Source: Verrucomicrobiia bacterium (GTDB lineage: Bacteria; Verrucomicrobiota; Verrucomicrobiia; Limisphaerales; DASXHY01). Taken from it: a DNA stretch of 64,000 nucleotides. The notes below the pieces were generated by a model, which saw only the letters and a list, made by a program, of their open reading frames with translations, was not told the origin of the DNA and made no database searches. Both the position numbers and the translations under genes were made by a program. The stretch is from NCBI GenBank assembly GCA_035629175.1, contig DASPIL010000040.1, forward strand, positions 40,255-104,254. Reading direction: 5' to 3'. Positions 1 through 9,338 of this stretch are shown piece after piece. Every line of letters starts with the position of its first letter. Positions within the stretch are counted from its first letter, which is position 1.

Positions 1-28
1 AGGGAACTCCGCGAATTATGGATGCTTC

Positions 29-67
29 TTGACAGGATGGCGATCATGAATTAGCTGTGTCTAACTT
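29..67 (+). promoter_or_regulatory. sigma70 -35 (TTGACA) plus DtxR/MntR-type operator TTAG-N6-CTAA over the -10 region
   Basis: TTGACA at 29-34; TTAGCTGTGTCTAA at 51-64 has the arms and spacing of the DtxR-family core TTAGGTTAGCCTAA; lies upstream of a metal ABC operon that encodes a DtxR domain. Confidence 0.65.
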
Positions 68-72
68 TTCTC

Positions 73-1020
73 ATGAATTCTATACTCAACAGGCAGATTG
101 TGTCGGCTCTAGGGCGGTCCTGCTGGTTTTCCTTTCTGTTGGTGTGCTGCGGCTGCGTTCCCGAATCCGAGTCGACAACGTCGGCAAAGCTGCATGTGGT
201 GGCGACAGTCAGCATGGTTGCCGACCTCGTGACGGAGGTCGCTGGCGATCGCGCGGAAGTCACAAGCCTGATGGGCCCGGGCGTCGATCCTCACCTCTAC
301 AAGGCGACGACTGCAGACCTGAATGCGCTCCGTCGCGCGGAGGTGGTGTTTTATTGCGGGCTGATGCTCGAAGGCAAGTTGCAATCGGTGCTCAGCGAGA
401 TGGGACGTTCCAAGCGCGTATACGCCGTGGCAGAATCCATCCCACCGGCCAGACTCCTGAAGCCGACGGAGTTTGAGGGCCATCCCGACCCGCACGTGTG
501 GTTTGACGTGGAACTGTGGATTCTTTGCGTGAATGCAGTCGTTAAGGGACTAAGCGAGGCCCGACCAGCCGATGCGGCTTATTTTGCAACGCAGGGAGAA
601 AGTTACAAAATCCGGCTGAAGGCGCTGCATGAGTGGGCTATTCAAAAGTCGGCCGAACTGCCGCCTGAAAAGCGCATTCTCGCGACGAGCCATGACGCCT
701 TCAATTATTTTGGCCGCGCCTACGGTTTCAAGGTCGTGGCCCTGCAGGGCATTTCAACAGTGACGGAAGCCAGCCTGGCAGACGTGGTCAAGATGGTGGA
801 ATACATTAAAGCCAACAAAATCAATGCCGTGTTCGTGGAATCCAGCGTTTCCCCAAAAACAATCGAACGTGTCAGTCAGGACGCAGGCGTCACGATTGGA
901 GGCGAATTGTTTTCGGACGCGCTGGGCCAGGCGGGCAAAATGGAGAATGGCTACGATGTGGGGACTTACGAAGGCATGATCCGGCACAATCTGGAAACCA
1001 TTGTGAACGCATTGCGCTGA
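73..1020 (+). CDS. troA: Mn/Zn/Fe ABC transporter substrate-binding lipoprotein (TroA/MntA family)
   Basis: GVDPHLY, DPHVWFD, TSHDAFNYF and ELFSDALG motifs; lipobox-like Cys. Confidence 0.92.
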   Translation: MNSILNRQIVSALGRSCWFSFLLVCCGCVPESESTTSAKLHVVATVSMVADLVTEVAGDRAEVTSLMGPGVDPHLYKATTADLNALRRAEVVFYCGLMLEGKLQSVLSEMGRSKRVYAVAESIPPARLLKPTEFEGHPDPHVWFDVELWILCVNAVVKGLSEARPADAAYFATQGESYKIRLKALHEWAIQKSAELPPEKRILATSHDAFNYFGRAYGFKVVALQGISTVTEASLADVVKMVEYIKANKINAVFVESSVSPKTIERVSQDAGVTIGGELFSDALGQAGKMENGYDVGTYEGMIRHNLETIVNALR

Positions 1021-1037
1021 ACCCGAACATGCATTGT

Positions 1038-1883
1038 ATGAAAAGGCTGTCTATTCTGTCGCTATTGCTGGGGTATGGATTTGTCGTTGCACCTTCCGTC
1101 GGAGAGGAAATAAACCGCAGGCCGATAGAAGGTATCGCGGACAACTCTTTCTTCGTGGAAGAGGCTTACAACCAGGAACCGGGAGTTGTGCAACACATCA
1201 TGACGGCGCTCTATCACACGTCCAAGCGTTCGATCGACGAAGGCGTGTGGGAATTGGGATTCACGCAGGAGTGGCCCGTCTTCAGCCAGGACCATCAATT
1301 CAGTTATACCGTCCCCTACCATTTCTTGAACGGAAGGACGGACCAGCATGGCATTGGAGATGTGCAGCTGGACTACCGTTATCAATTGCTGTTCGACGAA
1401 ACCTCCTTGCTCGCGCTCTCCCCGCGCGCCGGGATCATTCTGCCAACCGGAGACGCAGATCGCGGACTCGGCGAAGACGCAGTTGGTTTTGAGGTTAATG
1501 TCCCCTTCAGCATGGCGCTTGGTGATCGCTGGTACGCGCACCTGAATGTTGGCACCACATTGATTCCTGATGCACAGTCCGCGGATCGTCGGGACCTGTG
1601 GCATTATAATGTCGGCGCAAGCGCGATCTATGCGATCAGTTCCGATCTTCACTTGATGCTGGAATGGGTCGGGGGATGGGAACAATCCGCGCGGACTTCC
1701 GGGCGGCTCGCGCATCGTTACTCGCATGTGATCAGCCCCGGCGTGCGAAAGGCGTTCAACTTTCAGAATGGCGCGCAGTGCGTCGCGGGGTTTGCCATTC
1801 CCTTCGGGCTGAATCGCGCCGCGCCGGATATTGGCGCGTTCGTATACGTCTCGTTCGAACATGCGTTGAAGCGCCCGGAATAA
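1038..1883 (+). CDS. Putative outer-membrane beta-barrel 'transporter' (MetA-pathway/phenol-degradation-like family)
   Basis: Signal peptide; GIGDVQLDYRYQL and LPTGD motifs; alternating aromatic beta-strands; terminal YVSF. Confidence 0.6.
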   Translation: MKRLSILSLLLGYGFVVAPSVGEEINRRPIEGIADNSFFVEEAYNQEPGVVQHIMTALYHTSKRSIDEGVWELGFTQEWPVFSQDHQFSYTVPYHFLNGRTDQHGIGDVQLDYRYQLLFDETSLLALSPRAGIILPTGDADRGLGEDAVGFEVNVPFSMALGDRWYAHLNVGTTLIPDAQSADRRDLWHYNVGASAIYAISSDLHLMLEWVGGWEQSARTSGRLAHRYSHVISPGVRKAFNFQNGAQCVAGFAIPFGLNRAAPDIGAFVYVSFEHALKRPE

Positions 1884-1889
1884 CCGCGC

Positions 1890-2720
1890 ATGAATCCTTT
1901 AAACCTGACTCCATCCCCTCGCGAAACTCCCAAGACCGAAAGCGGGAACGGGGAAATATGCCTCGAAATCCACGATCTCACCGTGTCTTACCACAAGAAG
2001 CCCGTGCTCTGGGGCATCGACCTTGCCGTCCCCAAAGGCAAGCTGGTCGGAATCGTTGGACCGAACGGCGCGGGAAAATCAACGTTGATCAAGGCTGCGA
2101 TGGGAATGATTCCCATCAATAGTGGATGGATCAAAGTCTTCGGGGAACCGTTGAAAAGCAACCTGCGGCGCATCGGCTACGTTCCACAACGGGAATCCGT
2201 GGATTGGGATTTCCCCGTCAGTGTCATGGACGTGGTGATGATGGGACGATATGGCAAGCTTGGGCTGTTGCGCCGTCCCTCGCGCAAGGACCGGGAAGTT
2301 GCCCTGGATTGCCTCGAGAAGGTGAAGATGCTTCCGTATGCGAACCGCCAGATCTCCAACTTGAGCGGCGGGCAGCAACAGCGCGTTTTTCTCGCACGTG
2401 CGCTCGCCCAGGAGAGTGACCTGTATTTCATGGACGAACCGTTCGCGGGGGTCGATGCAGCGACCGAAAGCGCCATCATTGCTCTATTGCATGAACTGCG
2501 CGACCAGGGGAAAACACTGCTCGTCGTGCATCATGACCTGCCTTCAGCACGGGAGTACTTTGACATGCTTCTACTTCTGAACATGCGTGTGGTTGCATTC
2601 GGCGGAACGGAGGAAGTGTTCACTTACGAACTCCTGCAAAAGACCTATGGAGGACGGTTGACGGTGCTGTCGGAAGTGGCGCACGTCCTCGGCAAGCGGG
2701 AGCGCGGAGAACCACGATGA
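1890..2720 (+). CDS. troB: Metal ABC transporter ATP-binding protein
   Basis: Walker A GPNGAGKST, LSGGQQQRV, DEPFAGVD, VHHDL. Confidence 0.95.
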   Translation: MNPLNLTPSPRETPKTESGNGEICLEIHDLTVSYHKKPVLWGIDLAVPKGKLVGIVGPNGAGKSTLIKAAMGMIPINSGWIKVFGEPLKSNLRRIGYVPQRESVDWDFPVSVMDVVMMGRYGKLGLLRRPSRKDREVALDCLEKVKMLPYANRQISNLSGGQQQRVFLARALAQESDLYFMDEPFAGVDAATESAIIALLHELRDQGKTLLVVHHDLPSAREYFDMLLLLNMRVVAFGGTEEVFTYELLQKTYGGRLTVLSEVAHVLGKRERGEPR

Positions 2721-4177
2721 AGCGCGCACCTTTTCTGGCTGCGATCGTGTGGATGGCCAGCGTCCTGAACGCGGCGGCGGCGCGGATCGGAGACATTTCC
2801 GAGACGAACATCGCAGCGCAGGCTCTGCGATTTTTCACGTTCCAGGATCCGAGCGTTCGTTATGCGTTGGCCGGATGCCTCCTTCTAGGGATCACCTGCG
2901 GGCTGCTCGGCAGCTTCATTGTCGTTCGCCGCATGGCGCTGGTGGGCGATGCACTGTCGCATGCCGTGCTGCCTGGCGTGGTCCTCGGTTTCCTTTGGGA
3001 CATGAGCAAGAACCCCATGGCGATCTTCATCGGGGCGACGATTGCCGGATTGCTTGGCACAGCGGTAGTTCACGCTGTAAAGCACACAACGCGACTCAAG
3101 GAAGACTCCGCGCTGGGGCTTGTCCTCGCCACGTTCTTTGCTGTCGGCATCTGTCTGCTCACAATGCTTCAACATCTGCCTGAGGCAAACAAAGGTGGAT
3201 TGGACAAATTTCTCTTTGGCCAGGCGGCTGCGATCGGCGCGGGTGATCTGAAGCTCATGGCGGGCGTCACGGTGCTTTCGATTGCGGCCATCGTGATGTT
3301 CTACAAGGAATTCCTGGTAACGAGTTTTGACGCCGACTTCGCGCGCGGGTGCGGCTTTCCCGTGCACGTGATTCATTACGGGCTGATGGTGCTGGTCGCC
3401 TTCGCAGTCGTGATCGCGCTGCAGGCCGTCGGCGTTGTGCTGGTCTCTGCGATGCTCATCACGCCGGCGGCCGCCGCGTACTTGCTGACCGATCGATTGA
3501 AATCCCTTCTGCTCATTGCGGCCGTGTTCGGGATGTTTGCGGGCGGCGCTGGAGCGTTCTTTTCTTTCCTGGGTCCAGGACTTCCTACCGGACCATTTGT
3601 GGTGCTGGGTGCAACACTGGTCTTTGCGCTCGCATTCCTTTTCGGACCCCGTCACGGAGTCGTAATGCGTTGGCTGAAATACCGTTCGCGGACGCGCCGG
3701 ATACAACGGGAAAACACGCTCAAGTCAATCTACCACGTCCTCGAAAGCCGGCGATTTCAAGGGGATGGAGTTTCACTTCGCGAACTTGCTGAAAGACGGC
3801 GGGAAACCCTCGATCAAGCACAGGCGCTGGCTGCCACATTGCGGAGGCACGGCCTTGCGACGCTTCATGATGACGGCAACATGATCTTCCTGACTCCAGG
3901 TGGCTGGCATGCGGCGAGTTCCATCGTGCGGAACCATCGACTTTGGGAGCTATACCTGAATCATGCCGCGCAAATCCCCGCTGATCACGTTCATGACGAT
4001 GCAGAAAAAATCGAGCACGTCCTTGGGGAGGAAACGGTTCGCGAAATCGAGCGGCGCCTGCAATTTGCGAGTCGTGACCCGCACGGAAGCCCGATTCCCA
4101 CCCTGGCTGATGTCCAGCGAGGCGCCGCGCCTCGAGGCCGGCCTGAGGAATCTGTTGGATATGGAAGCAACATATGA
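2717..4177 (+). CDS. troC: Metal ABC permease fused to a C-terminal DtxR/MntR repressor domain (YtgCR-like)
   Basis: GDALSHAVLPG ABC-3 motif, followed by VRNHRLWELYL, HVHDDAEKIEH and DPHGSPIP DtxR motifs. Confidence 0.9.
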   Translation: MKRAPFLAAIVWMASVLNAAAARIGDISETNIAAQALRFFTFQDPSVRYALAGCLLLGITCGLLGSFIVVRRMALVGDALSHAVLPGVVLGFLWDMSKNPMAIFIGATIAGLLGTAVVHAVKHTTRLKEDSALGLVLATFFAVGICLLTMLQHLPEANKGGLDKFLFGQAAAIGAGDLKLMAGVTVLSIAAIVMFYKEFLVTSFDADFARGCGFPVHVIHYGLMVLVAFAVVIALQAVGVVLVSAMLITPAAAAYLLTDRLKSLLLIAAVFGMFAGGAGAFFSFLGPGLPTGPFVVLGATLVFALAFLFGPRHGVVMRWLKYRSRTRRIQRENTLKSIYHVLESRRFQGDGVSLRELAERRRETLDQAQALAATLRRHGLATLHDDGNMIFLTPGGWHAASSIVRNHRLWELYLNHAAQIPADHVHDDAEKIEHVLGEETVREIERRLQFASRDPHGSPIPTLADVQRGAAPRGRPEESVGYGSNI

Positions 4178-5166
4178 GCTCCTTCATTCCTGCTTTCAAC
4201 GTGCAGCGGGTGCTGATGTCTCCGTGGACCGAACAGTTCGACAGCACCATCTGGATCGTTGCCATGGGCTTTCTGGTGACGACCGCATGCGGACTCGTCG
4301 GATGTTATCTCATTCTGAGGCGTATGGCGCTAGTCGGGGATGCGATCAGCCACAGTATTCTTCCGGGGATCGCCGTTGCGTTTCTCCTTTCGACGAGCCG
4401 GGGGGCGCTGCCGATGTTTCTCGGCGCCCTGGCAGCAGGGGTTGTAACAACCCTGATCATTGAATTGATTCATCGAAAAACGCGGGTCAAACAGGACGCA
4501 GCCATAGGCATCGCGTTTACGAGCCTGTTCGCAATTGGCGTAGTCCTTATCAGCTTGTTCGCTGCGCGGGTGGACCTCGATCAGGAGTGCGTGCTTTACG
4601 GGGAAATTGGATTCGTAACGCTGGCCCCCGATGTTGTTCTGGGAACCTTGCGCCTGGGGCCAGAGCCCGTCGTCCGAATGGCTGCCGTCACGGTCGCCGT
4701 GGTTGTGTTGATCGTGATGTTTTACAAAGAACTCCTGGTCAGTTCCTTCGACCCCGGCCTGGCCCGATCGGTCGGCATTAATTCCACGGTGGTGCATTAC
4801 GGCCTGATGGGAGTGCTGTCGGCTGTGGTAGTGAGCGCCTTTGAATCTGTGGGAGCCATCCTCGTGATCGCCATGCTGATTCTTCCAGGCGCGACGGGAT
4901 CACTGCTGTGCGAACGGCTGCCCAGGGTCATGACGGTGGTCGTGGTGCACGCCGCAACCAGCTCAGTTCTCGGACTGCATCTTGCAACCTGGCTCGATTG
5001 CTCCATTGCAGCGGCGATGGTCGTTATGGGTGGGTTTCTGTTTACGCTGGCGTGGGTTTTCAGCCCAACGCAAGGTCTCTGGCGACTGCTGATCCAGCAG
5101 CGCATTGAGCCGCTGCCCTCAAATTCTGCTGGCGCGGAAGAATCCCGCAGCGCTACAGCAAACTGA
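4174..5166 (+). CDS. troD: Metal ABC transporter permease
   Basis: GDAISHSILPG, DLDQECVLYGE, AFESVGAILV. Confidence 0.92.
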   Translation: MSSFIPAFNVQRVLMSPWTEQFDSTIWIVAMGFLVTTACGLVGCYLILRRMALVGDAISHSILPGIAVAFLLSTSRGALPMFLGALAAGVVTTLIIELIHRKTRVKQDAAIGIAFTSLFAIGVVLISLFAARVDLDQECVLYGEIGFVTLAPDVVLGTLRLGPEPVVRMAAVTVAVVVLIVMFYKELLVSSFDPGLARSVGINSTVVHYGLMGVLSAVVVSAFESVGAILVIAMLILPGATGSLLCERLPRVMTVVVVHAATSSVLGLHLATWLDCSIAAAMVVMGGFLFTLAWVFSPTQGLWRLLIQQRIEPLPSNSAGAEESRSATAN

Positions 5167-6304
5167 CCGCTCGCTCCAGCTCCGCGTCTGTGTTGTAGAA
5201 GTGGGGTGCAAACCGGACGTATTCGTTGCCCTTGCGATCCTTTCGCAAAGCGGACGATACATTTGCCGTGGTCAACGTGTCATGCAGGGCACGCATGTCG
5301 CTCCCGGCTTTGTTGAACGAGACGATCCCGCTCGCGCTCTCGGGCGTGCCATCCGCGTTCAAAACTGAATATCCCCTGCCCACCAATTCAGGAACGAGCA
5401 ACGCGCGTTTGCGCAAAAGTTCAGCGGCGATGTTCTCAACTCCAACTTCCAGCAGCAATTCCATCGCGGCGTTCAACCCAACGATTCCGAGAAGGTTGTG
5501 GGTTCCGAGCTCGAACTTGCGCGCGTCCTTCTGAAATACGATTTCCTCCTGTGCCACGAAATCAGGGCATCGCACATTGTGCCAGCCATGCAAGGCTGGA
5601 TTGACGCGTTCCTGAACTTCGCGACGCACATAAAGCAGTCCCGCAGCGCAAGGTCCCAACATCCATTTGTGGGCGTCCGCGGCAAGCATGTCGACGTATT
5701 CCACCGTCGTGGGAAATGCGCCCACGGTTTGGATGCCGTCGACGCAGAACAGGATCTTGCGATCGCGCAAAAACTTCCCAATCTTCGGAATATCGATCCG
5801 GTAGCCGCTGATAAAATGACAGGAAGCCAGTGCCACAAGACGCGTATTTTCGTCCACCTGACCCATCACATCGATGGCGCGAATCGCTCCCAGGTGGCGG
5901 ATGTTCATCAACCGAACCTCAACCCCCTGGCTCGCCAATGCCATCCACGGGTAAACGTTCGACGGATAGTCATCGAAATAGATCAGCACGTTATCCGTGC
6001 GGCGAAACTTGAGTCCGCTTGCGACGACGCTGAGCGCAAGGGAGGTAGGACCAACGAAAGCGACTTCTTCGCGCTCACAATTGAGAAGGCGTGAGGCCAG
6101 GGAGCGCCCCTTGCCGAGCACCTCGGCCATGGCGAAATGTTCCTGATCACCGGTTCCGGCCTCGGCGGCGTATGCAGAGATCGCGTCCGTCACCCGCTTG
6201 GGCAAGGCGCAGACGCCTGCATGACCGAGAAAAATCTTGTTCCGGGCCACAGGAAATTCTTCCTGCCGCAACCCCTCGTTGGTGAGAATTTCGTTAACAG
6301 TCAT
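5153..6304 (-). CDS. Class V PLP aminotransferase / cysteine desulfurase-like protein
   Basis: VDGIQTVG, DAHKWMLGP (PLP lysine), RFAPHFYNT. Confidence 0.85.
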   Translation of the reverse strand: MTVNEILTNEGLRQEEFPVARNKIFLGHAGVCALPKRVTDAISAYAAEAGTGDQEHFAMAEVLGKGRSLASRLLNCEREEVAFVGPTSLALSVVASGLKFRRTDNVLIYFDDYPSNVYPWMALASQGVEVRLMNIRHLGAIRAIDVMGQVDENTRLVALASCHFISGYRIDIPKIGKFLRDRKILFCVDGIQTVGAFPTTVEYVDMLAADAHKWMLGPCAAGLLYVRREVQERVNPALHGWHNVRCPDFVAQEEIVFQKDARKFELGTHNLLGIVGLNAAMELLLEVGVENIAAELLRKRALLVPELVGRGYSVLNADGTPESASGIVSFNKAGSDMRALHDTLTTANVSSALRKDRKGNEYVRFAPHFYNTDAELERAVSLL

Positions 6305-6305
6305 T

Positions 6306-7322
6306 CTAAAACGCCTCGAACATGGCCCCGAAACGCTCCATGTAAAACGTGATGACGTTATACCCCACCAGCATCACCACGAGCCCATAGATCGTTCCAT
6401 TCATGACCCGGCTGAAATTACTGAGCCGCCGAAAGCCATCCTCTTCGAAGTAGGTCTTGATTCTCCCGAGCATCTCGTCCAACTGGCCGCTTTGCTCGCC
6501 GCTGCTGTAAAGGTTCGCAAATGTCTCAGGAAAATACCGGCTGCTGTTGACGAGTTCAGCCGGCGTGGCGCCCCGTTCCAATTCTGGTTTCCATCGGGCC
6601 ACGCGCCGGCGCAATTCGGGAGAACCGCTCGCCGCCGCCGCCAACTCCCAAGATTGCACAATCGAAATGCCGCCCGTGACCAGCGCTTCCAGCGCAGCGG
6701 AGAGCCGTGCCAGGACCAGGTGGTGTCGCGCGGTGCCGAACATCGGAATCACGCGCAGAAACTTTTCAACGAGGGAGCGCCACACCTCAGCGCGATTGCC
6801 CTGGGCAAGGAAAATGAAAAGAAACACGAGGCCATAGGCTGTGCCGAAGATCAAAAGTTTCTGAACGGCAAACCGAATGAGCGGGCCGTAGTCGTTTGAC
6901 CAAAGTCCCTGCACCGCGGCGACCATCATGTTCAAGGGAAATACCAGGAGAAAGACGTGCAAGGTTGCCAGCGCGATGATCAAGCCGGCGATGGTGTCGC
7001 GAATGATCTTCGCGCGTGCTGCGTAATACGCGGAGAGTTGCCGAAAGCTGGCATCCAAGCGCCCTGATTTTTCTCCCACACCTAGTAACGCAATGTCGAA
7101 ATCGGGCATCCAGCCGTGCACCGCGGTCATACTTTCGCTAAACGTGAGGCCGGATTTCAGGCTTGCAATCAATTGCTCAATTGCGCCTCGGGAGACACGG
7201 GTGGTGGGGTTTGAAACCGCCATCTCCAGCGCGCGGATCAGAGGAATCCCGGCTGAAATCATCGACCCGAGCTGATGATACAACTCCGCGCGAAGGCTGA
7301 GTTGCCTGGGAGTAACAATCAT
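6306..7322 (-). CDS. Type II secretion F / PilC family inner-membrane platform protein
   Basis: Two T2SSF repeats (AGIPL...GEKSGRLD; GEQSGQLDEML) separated by TM helices. Confidence 0.85.
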   Translation of the reverse strand: MIVTPRQLSLRAELYHQLGSMISAGIPLIRALEMAVSNPTTRVSRGAIEQLIASLKSGLTFSESMTAVHGWMPDFDIALLGVGEKSGRLDASFRQLSAYYAARAKIIRDTIAGLIIALATLHVFLLVFPLNMMVAAVQGLWSNDYGPLIRFAVQKLLIFGTAYGLVFLFIFLAQGNRAEVWRSLVEKFLRVIPMFGTARHHLVLARLSAALEALVTGGISIVQSWELAAAASGSPELRRRVARWKPELERGATPAELVNSSRYFPETFANLYSSGEQSGQLDEMLGRIKTYFEEDGFRRLSNFSRVMNGTIYGLVVMLVGYNVITFYMERFGAMFEAF

Positions 7323-7397
7323 GGTCGTCCTCCGAATTCCGTCCAGAGCCGCAACAGTGTTGGCGCCGGGAAGCGAATGAGGGCGACAACAGGAACA

Positions 7398-7730
7398 TCA
7401 GACCGCGACGCGATCGAAACTGGCTTTCAGATCGCGCTTGCTGCGCAATCCGACAATCTGGTCCGCCACCTGTCCCTTGTCGAAGAGCAGCAATGTGGGA
7501 ATGGCGCGAATCCCATATTCCGCGGCGATGCCTTGTTGTTCGTCGATGTTGACCTTGGCAATGCGGACTCGGCCTTCATACTCATCCGCAAGCTCATCCA
7601 GGACGGGAGCAATTGCCTTGCAAGGGCCGCACCACTCAGCCCAGAAATCCACAAGGACAGGCGTGGGAGATTGAAGCACTTCTTTTGCGAAATTCTCTTG
7701 CGTCAGGAGGAGAATGTTGGGCGATGCCAT
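7398..7730 (-). CDS. trxA: Thioredoxin
   Basis: [18 protein letters not shown]. Confidence 0.97.
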   Translation of the reverse strand: MASPNILLLTQENFAKEVLQSPTPVLVDFWAEWCGPCKAIAPVLDELADEYEGRVRIAKVNIDEQQGIAAEYGIRAIPTLLLFDKGQVADQIVGLRSKRDLKASFDRVAV

Positions 7731-7772
7731 ATTGATTTTTTCGTCGTAGCTTCCGGCGTAATTCGGTGATGG

Positions 7773-8216
7773 CTACAGTAGGAAAGCAAGATAGGCCGTG
7801 CTGCCTACGGCAATCAGTCCCACAACTGCAGCAGCGATGGCAAGGCCGGAGTCGACCGGGCTGAGGGTGGGTGCGGCGGAAATGGGAGCTGCCATCGGCC
7901 GTTGCGCTGTGGCCGGGCGTGGAGCCGGAGGGGCTGACATCGCAGTGCCGGGCCGGGGTGCTGCAGCAGGCGCGGCAGCAGCGGAGGCGTGCGGAGCGGC
8001 CGCCGGAGTTGCAGCGGGAGCGATTCCAGGCGCAGGCGGAACGCCTGCAGCGCCAGTAGGACCGCCCGGGGGAAGCGTCGGCAGCTTGATGGTCGGAGCA
8101 GCGGTCGGTTTCGGGGGCAAATTGATGCGGACCGTTTCTTTTTTGGGCTGTACCTTTCCGGTTTCCTTTTTCGGAGGAACAGCGCCAGTGGGAATATTCG
8201 GGATGTTCTCGGCCAT
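7773..8216 (-). CDS. Pro/Ala-rich hypothetical protein with C-terminal TM anchor
   Basis: PKKET repeated twice, low-complexity linker, hydrophobic C-terminus; same strand as neighbours. Confidence 0.65.
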   Translation of the reverse strand: MAENIPNIPTGAVPPKKETGKVQPKKETVRINLPPKPTAAPTIKLPTLPPGGPTGAAGVPPAPGIAPAATPAAAPHASAAAAPAAAPRPGTAMSAPPAPRPATAQRPMAAPISAAPTLSPVDSGLAIAAAVVGLIAVGSTAYLAFLL

Positions 8217-8263
8217 AGCTCGCCTCAAGATAAGTTGCGTCACTCGCCTGTCAAACTCTTATT

Positions 8264-8304
8264 GGAAAATGACACGGGCCGAAGAATTACTTCGGCCCGT
8301 GTCA
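8264..8304 (-). terminator. Intrinsic terminator of the RRM gene
   Basis: Perfect 15-bp stem TGACACGGGCCGAAG/CTTCGGCCCGTGTCA followed by TTTT on the minus strand. Confidence 0.8.
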
Positions 8305-8320
8305 GTCTTCTGAATGTTTC

Positions 8321-8641
8321 TTAATTCCGCTCGCGCCGTTCGTAACCGCCTTCGCGCGCGCCACCCCAGCGCTGTTGCTGCGGACGATCTTCTCGCGGCC
8401 GCGCGACATTCACCGTCAAGGCGCGACCTTGAAAATCCTTGTTATGGAATTGTTCGATCGCCTTGTTCGCGTCATCCTGGCTGGCGAATTCAACAAACGC
8501 GAACCCTCGCGATTTGCCGGTCATCTTGTCCAGCATGAGATTGACAGAGGTCACGACGCCAGCCTGGGAGAAATAATCCTGAAGATCATTCTCCATAGTC
8601 TGGTACGAGAGGTTGCCTACGAAGAGCCTGGTTGGGTTCAT
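8321..8641 (-). CDS. RRM-domain RNA-binding protein
   Basis: RNP2 LFVGNL, RNP1 RGFAFVEF, VNVARPRE, Gly/Arg-rich tail. Confidence 0.95.
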   Translation of the reverse strand: MNPTRLFVGNLSYQTMENDLQDYFSQAGVVTSVNLMLDKMTGKSRGFAFVEFASQDDANKAIEQFHNKDFQGRALTVNVARPREDRPQQQRWGGAREGGYERRERN

Positions 8642-8817
8642 AATACGAGTACCTGATCAAAAGACCGCGTGGGAGGACTGCACCGGCAGGATCACTGAAT
8701 GTCGTTTTAGGTTCACTGACAATCTGTCTTCTGACACCAACAGCATTGGCTTTTGATCAGATTGGCGCAATTGTTAGTCAAACGGTTTTTCGCCGTCAAC
8801 AACGATTACGCCGGGTT

Positions 8818-9309
8818 TCACGGACCCGACGCAACTTGTTGCGGTGCAACACCAGCGGCCGCTTCTTTTCGGCGGCGGAGCTCCTCGAACAGCTCTTCAG
8901 CCACAATGAAACCCACGCAATTGGACGCGCCACACCGGCATGGATGATCCTGGTAATCGTCCAGGTCGTACCCGTAATTGAACGTCAACTCCTCGCCCGC
9001 CCGAATATCCCGAATCGCTACAATCCAGATGTGCTTTTCATCCCACTGCGCTTCGCAATTCGGAGAACAGCTGTGGTTGATGAATCGAGCAAGGTTCCAT
9101 TCCACGTTGCCGTCCAGATCGGTCGTTTCATCGATGTCGAAGATGTACGGATTATTTAACTCGCAGCGCCGCTGTGACTCTTCCTTTGAAATGTTTTCGC
9201 CGGTGTATTCAACGATCTCCGTGCCTTCCCGAATGTCAACACGTGCGAAGCCGCCGGTTCCGTGAATCTCCGACGTGCGATAGATCACCAAATCAGTTTG
9301 AATTTCCAT
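8818..9309 (-). CDS. SET-domain protein-lysine methyltransferase with post-SET motif
   Basis: IHGTGGFA, RFINHSCSPN, EELTFNYG, CRCGASNC. Confidence 0.92.
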   Translation of the reverse strand: MEIQTDLVIYRTSEIHGTGGFARVDIREGTEIVEYTGENISKEESQRRCELNNPYIFDIDETTDLDGNVEWNLARFINHSCSPNCEAQWDEKHIWIVAIRDIRAGEELTFNYGYDLDDYQDHPCRCGASNCVGFIVAEELFEELRRRKEAAAGVAPQQVASGP

Positions 9310-9338
9310 CGAATGCCCAACATTCTAACGCGGCCGAC

